Source of the DNA: Camelus dromedarius
Lineage: Eukaryota
Direction: 5' to 3'
Assembly (NCBI RefSeq): GCF_036321535.1
Contig: NC_087452.1
Span: forward strand, 868,001-932,000
Length of the DNA stretch: 64,000 bases
Each line of letters starts with the position of its first letter. Position 1 is the stretch's first letter. The notes below the pieces were generated by a model, which was not told the DNA's origin, did no database searches, and was given only the letters and a program-made list of their open reading frames with translations. Of this stretch, positions 12,708-29,572 are shown piece by piece. The position numbers and the translations under genes are program-made.

Positions 12708-12794
12708 TCTTTTTTAAGTGGGGGGACTGGGGATGGGACCCAGGACCTCGTGCGTGCTAGGCATGGGCTCTGCCACTGTGCTGTGCCCTCTCTG
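12708..12794 (-). mobile_element. tRNA-derived SINE (camelid Vic-1-like), short copy
   Basis: Minus strand has box A/B-like gcacagcacagtggcagagc...gggtcccatccc; 9-bp TSD caaataatg at 12699-12707 and 12795-12803. Confidence 0.8.
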
Positions 12795-14289
12795 CAAATA
12801 ATGGTTTAATTCAAGGTGTAGCAGGTGTGCAGCTAACGTGAGCCACCCTTCCCCCACCCCGATCCCGGACACCAGTTGCCCTCCATGGCACAGGCTGCCG
12901 TGTTCCCCGTGGGTCCTCCCAGGGACAGTTACGTTGACGTATGCATATAATGGTGGTAGCCAGAAATGGTCACGCACTGCAAACATTTGTGCTTTCCTGA
13001 AGCCACTGTCCTTGGGGTTGTCTGGCGCTCCCTCGTCTTCACAGCAGCTGGCCCGGCACCCCTGGTGCCAGACACCAAGGCTGCCTACCACCCCTGCTTT
13101 CAGAAGCAACGTCACAATCACACTCCTTCCTCATACCTCACTGTCACACATGGGAGGGCACGTGTGTGTCAAATTCATATTCATTTTCAAAATCGAGTTG
13201 GTTTTTCCCACACACAAAGCAACACTCGATTCCTGCAAGATGAGAAAGAGGGCCCCACCCTCCTGACTCAGGCAGCCTGGACCCCACCCAGCCGGACTCC
13301 ACACTGACGCTGACTTCTGTGTCACCAGAGGCGTTCAAAGCAGTCCGCGGGTTTGCAGGCTGCCTCCTTTCCTCCCTCGGCAGTGGGTGGGGCTTGTCTT
13401 CCCCTGGACGCCCCTGCACGCCCCTGCACGCCGTTCTGAGGTCAGGTAGCTGCCAGCTGCTGCCCTGCTGCAGCGACCCAACTGCTCCCCTATTGGAACC
13501 CAGATTGTTGCCAACTGTCTGTTATTACAAACTGCGCTGCAAGGAGACTCCTTGAGGCTGAATCTTGGCACACATCCTTTATTCTGTCCTTAGGGCTGCT
13601 TCCCAGAAATGGAATTTCTAGGTCAGGGGGTGTGTATTTTGGGGGGAGGGAGTGGGGAGCTGCACATTTTTGAAATGTGTGTGTGTGTATTTCTGTTGTG
13701 TGTCTGGGGCCCTGCTTGGAGGTCCATGCAGGTTCCCAAGCAAATCTGCCCTGTGACTTTGCACCAGGGTGTGCGTGCTTTCTCTCCACCCTCAGTCTCG
13801 GAGCTGCCCTCCTCTTCCCGGTAGCCGGGAAAATACAGGAGTGTCCCCCGACCCCGCGCCCCACCCTTCCCCTGGACACAGCACTGGAGGGTCTGCAGAC
13901 CTCACCCTTCCCAGAGCTGGGCAGCTCTCCTCTGGCCTGAATCCCCTTGTTAACCAGGCTCAGGAGCCCAGCCACACTGGCCTGCAACGCAGGGAGAAGC
14001 CCATGTCACTGCGAGTTCAGGACCCCAGGCCCACATGGATGCAGGTGTTGAAAGAAGTCGTCCAGAATCTACATCTGCCTCTTGTTCATGGTTTGCATAG
14101 TCCTGACTGCACCCTCAGGCCGGCCCACCTGCATGGAGGCAGAGACACCTGCAACCAGCTCCAAGCTTCCCAGTTCTCATTCAGAACCCAGCGCCCTCTC
14201 TGTTTCCTCCCCTTCCAGACTATGGCTTGGCTGCGCCATGATTGGACCAGCTGAGATCATGTGCACTCTGAACCATCACTGCCTGAGGT

Positions 14290-14450
14290 CTGAGCAGCGG
14301 GAGTTTGGCCAAGTCCCCAAACCGCTGAGCCTCAGTTTTATCGTCTGTAGACAGGATCACACTGGCACCTGCCGAATCCAGCGTCAGGAGGGTTAAGTGG
14401 GCCACTGGAGGTACAGTCCCTGAGAGCAGTGCCTGCACCACACACGTGCC
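14290..14450 (+). mobile_element. MIR SINE
   Basis: ttggccaagtccccaaaccgctgagcctcagttttatcgtctgta...agagcagtgcctgcac. Confidence 0.65.
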
Positions 14451-15299
14451 TATTTGTCTATTCCTCAAGAGCCCGAGTGTGTGTATCCGGGCACCTGTCT
14501 CCTCTGGGGAGTCAGGAAGGCTGAGCAGAGACTGGAGGAATTGACCTCAGAGGGAGAGCAGTGTTCCAAGAGGAGTCGCCGGCGCCAAGGCCCCGACCAG
14601 CTGGTGTCCCGGGACATGTCACCTTTTGTCCATCACAGCCCACCTGGACAGGTGGGGGGAGGGCAGCCTCCATGCGGCATGGAAGAAAGGATGACACACA
14701 GGATTTAAAGATGATAATGCTGGATGTGAATTAAATTTCCAAATATAACATTTTCAGATATGTAAATGAATCTTGAGCTGGTGTCTGCAAATATGCGATT
14801 TTTACAGCAATGTAGGAGGTTTCATGCCTGCAGGGGGTAAACACAGTGCCTAATCGGGACTTCTTCCATGGCCGGGCCTCTGGGCTCTGGATGGTGACGG
14901 CGGTGAGACCAGGCGGGGGCGCGGAGGCCGTTGCAGAGCGCCCTCTAGCGTCCGGCTGGAAGTCTGCAGGCCGCGTCGCCAGGCTGAATTAGGGTTCAGA
15001 CCCGGCCAAAATAATGTCCCCGTACAATTCCAAATGAATTTAACTGAATGGCTGTTTAAAAAAAATGACCCTGTAATCATAAAGCCTCGAATAGTCTACT
15101 TCCCTCAATGGCTGGCGGGTTAGTGTGGGAGAGCTGGGAGTTCCGGGGGCCCAGGCTGGGGTATGAGAGCGGTAGACACAGAGGGAGGCTCCAGGTCAGG
15201 CACGTGAGGAGGGCGGGCCTGGGGGCCTGGCTGAGATCTTTGGGAGCCGGGGGCGGGGATCAGTGGGAGAGCAGGAGGGGCAGAACCAGAGCTGCATTT

Positions 15300-15416
15300 C
15301 GTAGAGGGTAGGTGATTAGGTTTATTTTATTTTTAATGGAGGTACTGGGGATGGAACCCAGGACCTCCTGCATGCTAAGCATGTGCTCTGCCCCTGAGCT
15401 GTGCCCTCCCCCACCT
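15300..15416 (-). mobile_element. tRNA-derived SINE (camelid Vic-1-like)
   Basis: Minus strand reads ggggagggcacagctcaggggcagagcacatgcttagcatgcaggaggtcctgggttccatccccagtacctcc...aaacctaatcacc; 13-bp TSD cagagctgcattt at 15287-15299 and 15417-15429. Confidence 0.85.
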
Positions 15417-16077
15417 CAGAGCTGCATTTTTAAAAGCCTCTCTGGCTTCAGCCTGCAAAGGGGGCGGGAGGGGCAGGATGGCAATGACGGGCCAGCGGAG
15501 AGGAGTGGCAGCGTGGAGCACTGCTGGCAGTGGAGAGGGGCCGGTGGATGAAGCCATGTTTGGGAAGTAAAGTGCACAGGACTCGGTGATAGGACGGATG
15601 CAGGTGTGAGCGGTGGGCGGCGTCAGGAGGCCCTCCAAGGCCTGACTGCCGGAACTGGCGGGCAGGGGTCCCCCCCGGAGCCGCAGCAGGCCAGCTGGAG
15701 TTGGGGAGGCAGATGTTGTAGGTGAGCCCACCTCCCAGTTTCCTGGGGAAGCGTCCTGCTTTATACCACTTGTTCTGGTGTCATTATTAATTTTGCCCCC
15801 TTTCACTCTCAAAAGGGTCCTTGTTTTCCTCTGAATAATAATTAGAAGTAAATAAAATAAATATGAATACTTGATGAGCAGATGGATGGATGAGATGAAG
15901 CACTTCCTTACAGCAGCGGCCAACCTGCAAGCGTGTGGCCCTGAACCAGATCCTCTTGCCATAAAGAACTTACCTGGAAAAATCGGCAAAGCATCGCAGG
16001 GCTGACCTCCGTGGGTTGACGCTTGAGGTGCCCCGCCCCCTCCGGGCCCCGCCCCGGGGTCCACACCAAGGGGCTGG

Positions 16078-16402
16078 CTCGCGGTCCTAGGCTGTTTGAT
16101 ATCAAGCAGGGCCTCTCTACACTCTGGAAAATTGTGGAGGGCCTCCAGGAGCTTTGTGGCTGGGAGTTTTGTTTATCAGTATTTACATATTCAAAGTTAA
16201 GTACACAAACTGTTAATTAAAACCAAAAGCACACATTCAGGCCGCAGTCAGAGCTATGATGTCGTCACATGTCGGGTCTGGAAAATTCCGCGGTGCACTC
16301 GTGACTGACAGCACGTGTCTGAGAACCAATTTGAGCTCGGGAAACCCCTCAAAGGGCCTCAGAAGCCCCGAGGGGCGAGGACCCCAAGTGGGAGCCCGTG
16401 GT
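16078..16402. mobile_element. hAT-Charlie non-autonomous element (Charlie1-like ends)
   Basis: ctctacactctggaaaattgtggagggcctccaggagcttt and gaaacccctcaaagggcctcagaagcccc...ggacccc resemble recalled Charlie1-family subterminal sequence. Confidence 0.5.
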
Positions 16403-16559
16403 CTGGGCCTGGCCGCCAAGACCACCGGAAGGAAACAGGCAGCAGTGGAGTTGCATGTGCAGACGCCCAGGCTCGTTCCCCTGGATCCGCCCGGGGGCCT
16501 TTCCGTGCGCACGTGGGGACCCGTCAGACGGACGCGGGACGCGCATTGGACGTCGATCG

Positions 16560-16890
16560 CTTTCACAATTTGGGAACAAACTGAAAGAACTGTTTCTATA
16601 ACAGGATGCTGTGCAGAAGTATCAACACAGGAAGGTCCCCCCCACAAAACTGAATGAAAGCAGCAAGTTGTGAAGAAAAGCTCAGTATGAACCCAACTAA
16701 TTCAAGCGCACGAGACCGCGCACGAGACCGCGCTGCACGTCGTTTGCGCCGCGCGACCGTGCGCCGCGCTGATAAACAAAATTCAAGGCGGCGGAAAGTG
16801 GTTACCGGGAGTCGGGCAGAGTCAACCAGGGGGGGTGCGCGGGGTTTCCTTGCCTCTGTGCTGCTCAGCTCACACCGTGGGTTTTAAAAC
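16560..16890 (+). mobile_element. Old L1ME-type 3' UTR fragment with a CpG-enriched core
   Basis: aaaactgaatgaaagcagcaag...cagtatga and gataaacaaaattcaagg...agtggttacc are L1ME-like anchors. Confidence 0.5.
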
Positions 16891-19879
16891 CTCCGCCCAG
16901 TGACTGTGAGAAGATGGGAAACTGGGGCGAGATGGGAGTGTGTCACCACCATCATCAACGGATTCTTCCTATTTCTGGGTATGGGAGGCGAGACTGCCAG
17001 CTGCCTGCCTAGCACCCATTTCTTTCTCCCTGATGTGTCGGGAGCAGCATGTGCCAGTTCAAAAAATGGAAAGAAAAGCCTGCATGTTCAGCCTCCCTTG
17101 CAGAGCGGTGGCCATATCAGCAATCTGCAGCCAAAAAGGTACAAGCGAGAGTAATTAAGTGCAGCTTATGGGAAGGCCCCTCAGGCAGGAGGCGTGACAA
17201 GGACAGCTCTGGCTTTCCTCCCCCTCTCTCCTCCTTTCTCCTTCCCGCCCAGAATAGGCAGGACAGGACCCGTGGAGCTGCTGCCGCCGCCTCGAGGACG
17301 AGGACGGAGGAGCAGGGGAGGCAGGGGAGGCACCCAGCATCTGTGACATCCTGCACCAACCCTCCGCTGCCGCCTCCAGCCTCACCCTTTGTCGGGGAAA
17401 AGCCAGCTCTCTCTCCTTAAGCACTTGGGTCCAGGCCGCGTCCGCTCAGGAGGGTGGCCCACGCCCCATGGCTCCTGGACACTGTCCCACCGCAGATGCA
17501 GAATGCAAGCGCCCGTCCCCTCTCTAATCCTCTTCTGTTCTTGGCGTTTTCATAGTCCATGCTTCCAGCTTGTTGAGCCTGCTTTTCTTTTTTCCCTCCT
17601 CTTGGTGCCAAATAATGAAATTTCAGCATTTAGCCTTGAAAATTCTAAACCTTTCTTACTGCTGGTAGAGAAATCTCAGCAAGATAAGAAGGAAAAAACG
17701 TTCCGCTTCCCCTACAGCTGCAAAAATACAGACGCTCTTCGGAATCCAAAAGCTGGTCCTGATAAGTGGTGAATTGAGATTGTTCCCCCAAAAAGCATGT
17801 ATGTTCTCCTCAGCGTGGAGGCTGCTGAGCAACTGAGGTCCCGTTCTACTTCCCATCAGCGTGAAGGGCTGTTGGCACAAAGGAGTCTTGTAAGATGGGG
17901 TGTACTGCGAAGGGGCACTGGCCACCCTCTCAAGACTGCAAAGCCCAGGACGGGGCTTGTGTGATCATTTCTGGACTGATGATAATATTTCGCTTGGCCT
18001 CTGTTATTTTCTGGGAGTTCTGGGTCACACACTGAGATCACTGCCACATGCGTGAAGGGAAAATTTGCTAGGACATTGTTAGATTCCTTATCTGAACCAA
18101 GAATCCGAGACTCGTGTCTTATTTAAATCAACACTGATCTATGGCTTTGCTCTGCTCGGGGCTTCCCGGTCTTCATCCTCCTGCCCGCTGCCCCTTCCTC
18201 TCACCAACACCCACTCACCCTTCAGGCTCGCCCAGAGTCTCCTTCCTGGGAGGACCCTGCCCCCAGGGGAACTGCGCCTCCCTCTCCATTCCTGAGCCCC
18301 CAGCATCTCCCTGGCGTAACCCCCACCCTCACCCACACCAGATGGGGCTCATTCAGCCACGAGGGACAGGAGACCACCTCAGACAGGCTTGAGCACAAAA
18401 GGAGCTGCACTGGCTCCTATGCCTGGGAACCCCGGCCAGACCACACTCAGGCACAGGTGGATCCAGGCGCTGGGGCTATGATTCACTCCTGTGCTGTCTC
18501 CCTGTCTAGGTTCTGCTGTGGCTCAGAGATTCTGATGAGCTCAACTGGGGTGTCACATGCATCTCTGAGCCAATCACTGCAGCCTCTTGCGGGCTGGGCC
18601 TGCGGCCACCTATGAGCCGGAGGACGGAGGGGCCCTGAGGGTGCAGGAGGGCCAGGCCTTGGAAGGGCAGGACCACTGTGCCCCGAGACTGTAATTGGTT
18701 TTCTCGTCTGCCTCTGTTCCAGACAGCCAAACACAGAGCCCGGCACAGAACAGGTGCTCAGTAAGCGTCCGCGGGGGATGGGGGTGTGAGACAAGGCACA
18801 GCCTGGGGAGGCCGCCTCAGATACTTCACCCTCAGATAGACAGGCGCAAGCCGGGCACACCTGTCAGGGCCGGAAGTGCCCCGATCTGGGATTGCTGCAG
18901 CTTGTGAAAATTTTTTTTAAGCTGAAAAATCTAGAAACATGTGAAATCTAACATGTGAATTCCAACAAGTAATCTTTTTCAATTTTTAGGCATTGTGCTG
19001 GGCCGTGGGCCACCTCTGCTTATGAAGAGGATGAGGCTCAGTGTTTGAAATCAGGAGGCGGGAAGAGCAGGAACATTCCAGAAGGCTACCTTCCCAGGGG
19101 CCGCTGGACGACTCCATGAAAGTGCGTCACCCGCGCCAGTTGGAGCAGCCCAGGGGCAGCCCACGGCCCCCTCGGCCCGGAGGCACGAAGCCCAACCCAG
19201 GTAGGCCCGGCCCCGGGGAGGGCCGTGTCCTCGCAGCCGCTCTGCAATTTTCCTCTCAAATCGGCTTATCGTCCCCAGAATGTCATTCGACCCCAGCCGA
19301 GTGGAACTGATTTTGCGTCCCAGGGCCTCCTGGGCGCCTAACGAGATCTTGAGTGGAGCCCAGCTTTAAACGCTCTTCACAGCAGGTGATTGGGTCTTGA
19401 TTTGCTGGATGCGTTCAGCTGAGTCACCGTCTCTAAACAAGATGAGAAATAAAACGCCGGCCACGCTCGGATGGCCAGGGCAGCCTCGGGCCAATTACAT
19501 GGGCCGCTCCCTGCAGGCAGCCTGGGGACCCCCAGGAAGGTCCTGCTTAGAAGGAGAGTGGGCCACCCCCGAATAAGAAGCCGCTCAGGGCCAGGCCCTG
19601 CACAGGGTGGGCTGTGGGGCTTCGCAGAGGCCGAGGAGGCACAGGCGGAGCCACATTCTGGGGGACTGACTGCGAGGGGCCTGCCCAGGTCACGGATGAG
19701 GAACCTGAACGGTCCACCTCCCAGATCCAGCTCTGCCGTGAGCACCTGGGGCTCCCTGTCCCCCTGGGGAATCCTTCGGGGGTTCCTCTGCACCTCATGG
19801 AGTGTCCAATGGCCCGAGTGACAAGGCTCAGAGCTCCTTTCCTGTGGGAAGTGTCCCTGTGTCTGGGTAGCAGATACAG

Positions 19880-20010
19880 TGGTTAGAGGCCAAGGGTCAA
19901 ATCCCGCCTTGCCCCATACAGCCGTGTGACCTCGTCACCTCAGCTGCCCCGTCGTAACAGGGGATCTTGGCAGTGAGTGAGCGTTTAGCATGCTGCCTGA
20001 ACCCAGATGG
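19880..20010 (+). mobile_element. MIR SINE
   Basis: ggtcaaatcccgccttgcc...gtgtgacctcg...cacctcagctgccccgtcgtaacagggatc. Confidence 0.55.
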
Positions 20011-20665
20011 CATGGGTGTCAGCTCCTCCCCAGCATCCCGTTGGCTCTGCCCTGAAGCGGAGGGGAGGCTGCTGGAACCTGGAGGGAGGCCATGGACAGG
20101 AGGGGCAGCTGACGGGAGATCCCCAAGGTCTGAGAACTGGGCCCACAAGACCCAGGAGATGAGGGGTGACCCGTGGGCCTGGGCCAGAGCCTGCCCTCCC
20201 TGTTTGTCTGAAATCAAACTAGCTGAGCACTGGCCATGTACGTAGCAGCTTAAAGGACAGGGTTTCTTTCTGCTTCTGGCCACACGTTCAGGCAGTTCGT
20301 CCGAGAACGCTCCTCCTGGAGGCCCCTCAGGGACCCAGGCTGACACATGTTCCCACCGTCACCGGCGCAGGACAGGTGCTTCCACCTGGAGGTGACATGA
20401 GCTGCATCTCATTGGCCAAAGTAAGTCACGTGGTTCCCCGCTTCCTAAAGCGGGTGGGGCGGTACAGTGCTGCACGTGTCCAGGAGAAGCGAGTCGTGGA
20501 CGCCAGGCCACACACGTGCGCGCGACCTTCTAGGTGCTGCCTGGTTCCCTCTTGGTCCTGTTCTGAGTGGGTGGAAGACTTGGCCTCATTCTCGGGGGCT
20601 CTCCGCCTGGTCCCAGGGTCTGGTCAGTGTCAGGACACCAGGGGGAGAAAAGATTTAGTGTCATC

Positions 20666-21621
20666 TGTTATGGACTGAATTGTGTCCCCCAAAACTCACA
20701 TGTTAAAGTTCTAACCCCCAGTGTCATGGAACCAAACTTGGGTCCGCACGCCCACGTGCAGTAACACCAACCTGCTGACACTGGGCTGCGCTGAGGGAGG
20801 AGCAGCGTCAGGCACCAGGCAAGGGGTCCAGGCAGCTGGCGCTCAGACGGCCCGAGCTCCCTGAAGGCTTTCAGGGAAAGGGTTTTAAAGACAGGCTGCG
20901 GGAGGGGGCGCCCCTGTGGGGTGTGTGATCAGCTCGTGGACATTCTTCTGATTGGCTGGTGGTGAGGTCATCGGGAGTCAACCCCACAAACCTTCTGGTT
21001 CCAGACTGGGGCCTATGTGCTGGGGGGCAGCATGCAGTGAACTTCTTCCACCTGGTGGGGGTTTCAGTGTCTGCAAAGCAGCTCAAGGATGTGGCTCAGA
21101 ATATTATCTACAGCCCCTGAGGAGGAACTAAAGGTCCTGGACTTCGTTTAGTGGCTAAACTATTGTTATTTTGTCTTGCTGACTGCTCTCCTTTCTCTCT
21201 GCATTTTCTCACTTCTCTGGTTAAATGTACTCTTTGGAACTTGGGGATGCCTAGGAAAAGCTTCTGTACAGATAAGAGGCAGGTGGAGGACATGGGGGGC
21301 AGGGGTCTATTCTGGGAAGACCCTGGAGCGTCCTGCCAGTTACACCAGGACCTTAGAACTTGACTATCTTTGGACATGGGGCCTTTAAAGAGTGATCAAA
21401 TTAAAGCAAGGCCATTAGGGTGGACCCTAACCAGTCTGTGACCTGGGGACACAGGGACCCTGGGATGTGCACACAGAGGACACAGCACACCAGGGAGAAT
21501 GGCCTTGGGAGACACCAACCCTTGGTCTTGGACATCCAGCCTCCAGAACTGTGAGCGAATCATGTCTGCTGTCCAAGCTCCCGGTCTGTGACGGCTCTGT
21601 TAGAGCGGCTGGGCTAACCCA
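20666..21621 (+). mobile_element. MLT1 (ERVL-MaLR) LTR split by a nested ERV LTR
   Basis: Starts tgttatggactgaattgtgtcccccaaaa; resumes after 21348 with gactatctttggac...gggcctttaaagag...ccattagggtggaccctaa. Confidence 0.8.
20722..21344. mobile_element. Solo ERV LTR (class I-like), 623 bp
   Basis: TG...CA termini (tgtcatgg...agttaca) and exact 4-bp TSD ccag at 20718-20721 and 21345-21348. Confidence 0.8.
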
Positions 21622-22849
21622 CCGCGGTCAGGGCTCATGCCTGTCACCATGGAGACCTCCAGTGCTCCTGGCCACAGGACCGTCTGTGGTGGCTGAGGAC
21701 TCTGTGCCCTAAATCCACAAGGGTGCCATGGTCCCTGGAGCCTGGCCTCACCCCTGTCCTGGCCCCCAGTGCTCAGGGACACACGGACCCTACTCCCAAG
21801 GGAATCTGCACCTGTGTCTTCCCATAAGTCCCCACTGCCCTCTGCAGCCCCCAACATTTGGAGACAAAGTGAGGAGGTCATCCACTAGCCACAGGCTGCC
21901 CTCAGCAAGGAAGCCCAGGCCTAGACTCCCTCTGACCCTGGAGGGGTAAGAAGGCTGAAGCTCAGGAAGGAAAAAAAATTGGCGTCTCCAGATGGCTGTC
22001 TCCCTCAAGTGATTCCTTTGCAGGGACACATCAGGGTCTTTGTGTTTCCGTCAGGATCAGGACTGCTGTCAGCAGGTAGTTTTTCTCTCGTGTACAAGGT
22101 GTCTGTTGGTGGCAGTCCAGTCCTGGTACTGCAGTGCCATCATCATTGGGGGGGCGGGGCTTGTTTTGGCTATTTGACCATCCTTGATGAATAGCTTCTC
22201 AGAGTCACCTCATCATCCAGGATGGCTGCTGGAGAGTCAGCCATCACATCTGCATTCCAGGAAGCAGGATGAGGAAAGGCAGGACAAACGAGCACATGTC
22301 CTAGCTAAGTCAGCTCCCTTTAAGCAGTCTGAGCTAAAGAAAGTCTCTCATACTCCTGCTAACACCCCACTGACCAGAACTGAGTCGCAGGAGGTACTGC
22401 AAAGGGGCAGGAATGTCACCTTCTATTGGTGCTTCACGGACACACAGAACATCCTGGTATGGTTACCAAGGGAGGAAAAATGGATATCGGGCGGTAACCA
22501 GTCATCTGCTGCCCTGTGTCACCGATGAGGAAACGGAGGGTCAGAGAGTAGACATGACGTCTCAAGGTCCACAGCCGGTGAGCAGCTGGAGGAGGCAGGA
22601 CTGGAACTTGGGGCCATATGTGGTGAACTCATGATCACACCAAGGCTTCTAGAACATCCCCCCGACCCTGGCCACTTTTCTGCATGACGTCTGTTCCCAC
22701 CCAGACCCAGCACATGGATATGGTCCCAGCAGAACAGACGTGAGCAGAGCTTTTCAGAAAGATGGAAAATCTGAACAGCACACTCACACAGAGCTGGTGA
22801 GGCTGTGCTGACAGGAGTTAAAACTGGGGCAGCCTCTTTGAAGGGTGTG

Positions 22850-23310
22850 TTGGTTCACATTAGGTTCAACTGTAAGAGAAAAATCCACAGTGGTTTAAAA
22901 AAGATAGACATTTCCTTCTCTCACATTCAACAAGTCGTCTGAAGGAAGGAGTCTGGGGCTATTCTGGACACACCAGTGTCAGGGACCAGGGCTCCTCCTA
23001 CTTTGTTGCCCCGCCATGAGGCTCCCATTCCAAGATCACCCAGTGATTCAAGATGGCTGCTACAACTCCGGCCATTACAGTCACATCCCAGGTAGTGGAG
23101 AGAACAGAGCCCATCCTGTCTCTTCAAGGAAGTTGCAAGCACGCTTACATCCCACTGGTCAGAACGTAGTCACATGGCCATGCTGCCTGCAAGGAAGGCT
23201 GGGAAATGTAGTATTTATTCCAGACAGCTGTATATCCAGCCAAAAATCAGGGATTCTGTGACAATGGAAGAAAAGGAGAACATATATTGGAGGACAGCGA
23301 TTAGCCTCTG
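22850..23310 (-). mobile_element. Old MLT1-type LTR
   Basis: atagacatttccttctctcaca...caagatggctgc...gtcacatggccatgc...ctgcaaggaaggctgggaaatgtagt. Confidence 0.65.
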
Positions 23311-23324
23311 CCGGAGACTGTGAC

Positions 23325-23620
23325 ACTAATTAAAACTAAGATTGTGTGCTCCAGCAATTCCACTCACACGAGTTACCGAAAGCATATTTATAAGGGTTTT
23401 GTTGTTGTGTTGTTTGTTGTTGCAAAATATATTAGGGGAAAAAAGTCCCTCCTGAGGGGACTGGTTAAATCCATGCCGTGTGTCTGGAAAGTATGCAGCT
23501 GGCGCAGCTCTCCCACCTGACGTGGGACGAGCCCGAGACCAGGCGTCAGCGAGGGAAACACGCTACGGAACATCCACGCTCCAGCCCAGGGTGCCGTGTG
23601 TGCACGAGCGCACTGGTGCT
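23325..23620 (+). mobile_element. Old L1ME fragment
   Basis: ccagcaattccactc...tgtttgttgttgcaaaatat...gactggttaaatcc is L1 3'-like. Confidence 0.5.
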
Positions 23621-24268
23621 TCTGGAACTCCACTGCAGCCCCCTTCTCCTCCAGCTGCCAAGACTCAGAGCCGGGCAGGTCGGCACAGGCATGGGGCTAC
23701 GTGCGACTTCCCTCTCACGTTTCACCATCCCGGCGCTTCGCTGGGGCTTACCCCCACCTTCAGCTCATCACATCCAGCATGGCGAACGTCCGTCCCGGGC
23801 ACCCTGCCTTCTAAGGGGGCCCCCTCTGTGCTGAGCACCAAGCTAGAGACTGAAATCTGCCCTGCGGTCATTATGCTCCGTCAGCACCTGCCAGCTGTCC
23901 ACACTGGCTGTGTCCTAATTAAGACAAAAATCCCCGCACGGCAGGCCTTCTCACCCTCACTCCACAGCTACTGAGATGGGGGAAGGAAACATGAGGCCCA
24001 GGGAAAGGGTGGGACCACCGGGTGGAGACACGGTGCTCAGAAGCCCCAGTTCTCCCCACGCCCGGCTCCCCGCTCAGACAGGGCCCCCGGCAGGGATGCG
24101 GGGTCCGATCTCTCTCCACCTCCCCAGTAGCCGGTCAGGAGCAAACGCAGGAGCCCCGAGCCTCCCAGGGCTCAGCCTGCAGGGCAGTCACCCTGGCCCT
24201 CGGGTCCCAGCCCCAGTCTCCCCACACCTCCATGTCAACACTTTCTGCTCCTTCTGCTCCTTTTCCTT

Positions 24269-24274
24269 TTTATT
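24269..24274 (-). terminator. TPRA1: TPRA1 polyadenylation signal AATAAA
   Basis: tttatt on plus strand, about 365 nt beyond the stop codon. Confidence 0.7.
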
Positions 24275-24639
24275 AGAAAATAGATCAAGAAAATATACAC
24301 ACTTCAGCCCACCCGGCAGTGGGCTTTGGGGAGGGGGCGGGCCAGACCAGTCCTTGGGGCCCAGGCTGCAGAGAGGGGCCCTCGGCCAATAGAGCCAGAC
24401 CCAGCCCTGGGACATCAGAGTCTGGGCCAAGTCACCTAGCAGGGCAAGGGCCAGTGGGAGGGGGAGGCGGCCCCCAGCTGGAGCAGGGGTGGCCGAGGGC
24501 AGGACAGGCCCACACAGGGCTCCCGCCCACACTCGGTCCTATCCCCTCGTCCTCCTCTGCCGGGCGCTCAGCGCTCCTGGGCCCCCCACCAGCCCGTCCT
24601 CCGCTGGCCCCAGTAGACCCTCAGGCCGGGGCAGCCACA

Positions 24640-29572
<4,933 letters not shown>

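Noticed and set aside
12708-15416. tRNA-like box A/B sequences (also at 55650-55780 and 56712-56845)
   Set aside because: TSDs and shared non-tRNA 3' parts show they are SINEs; no complete cloverleaf
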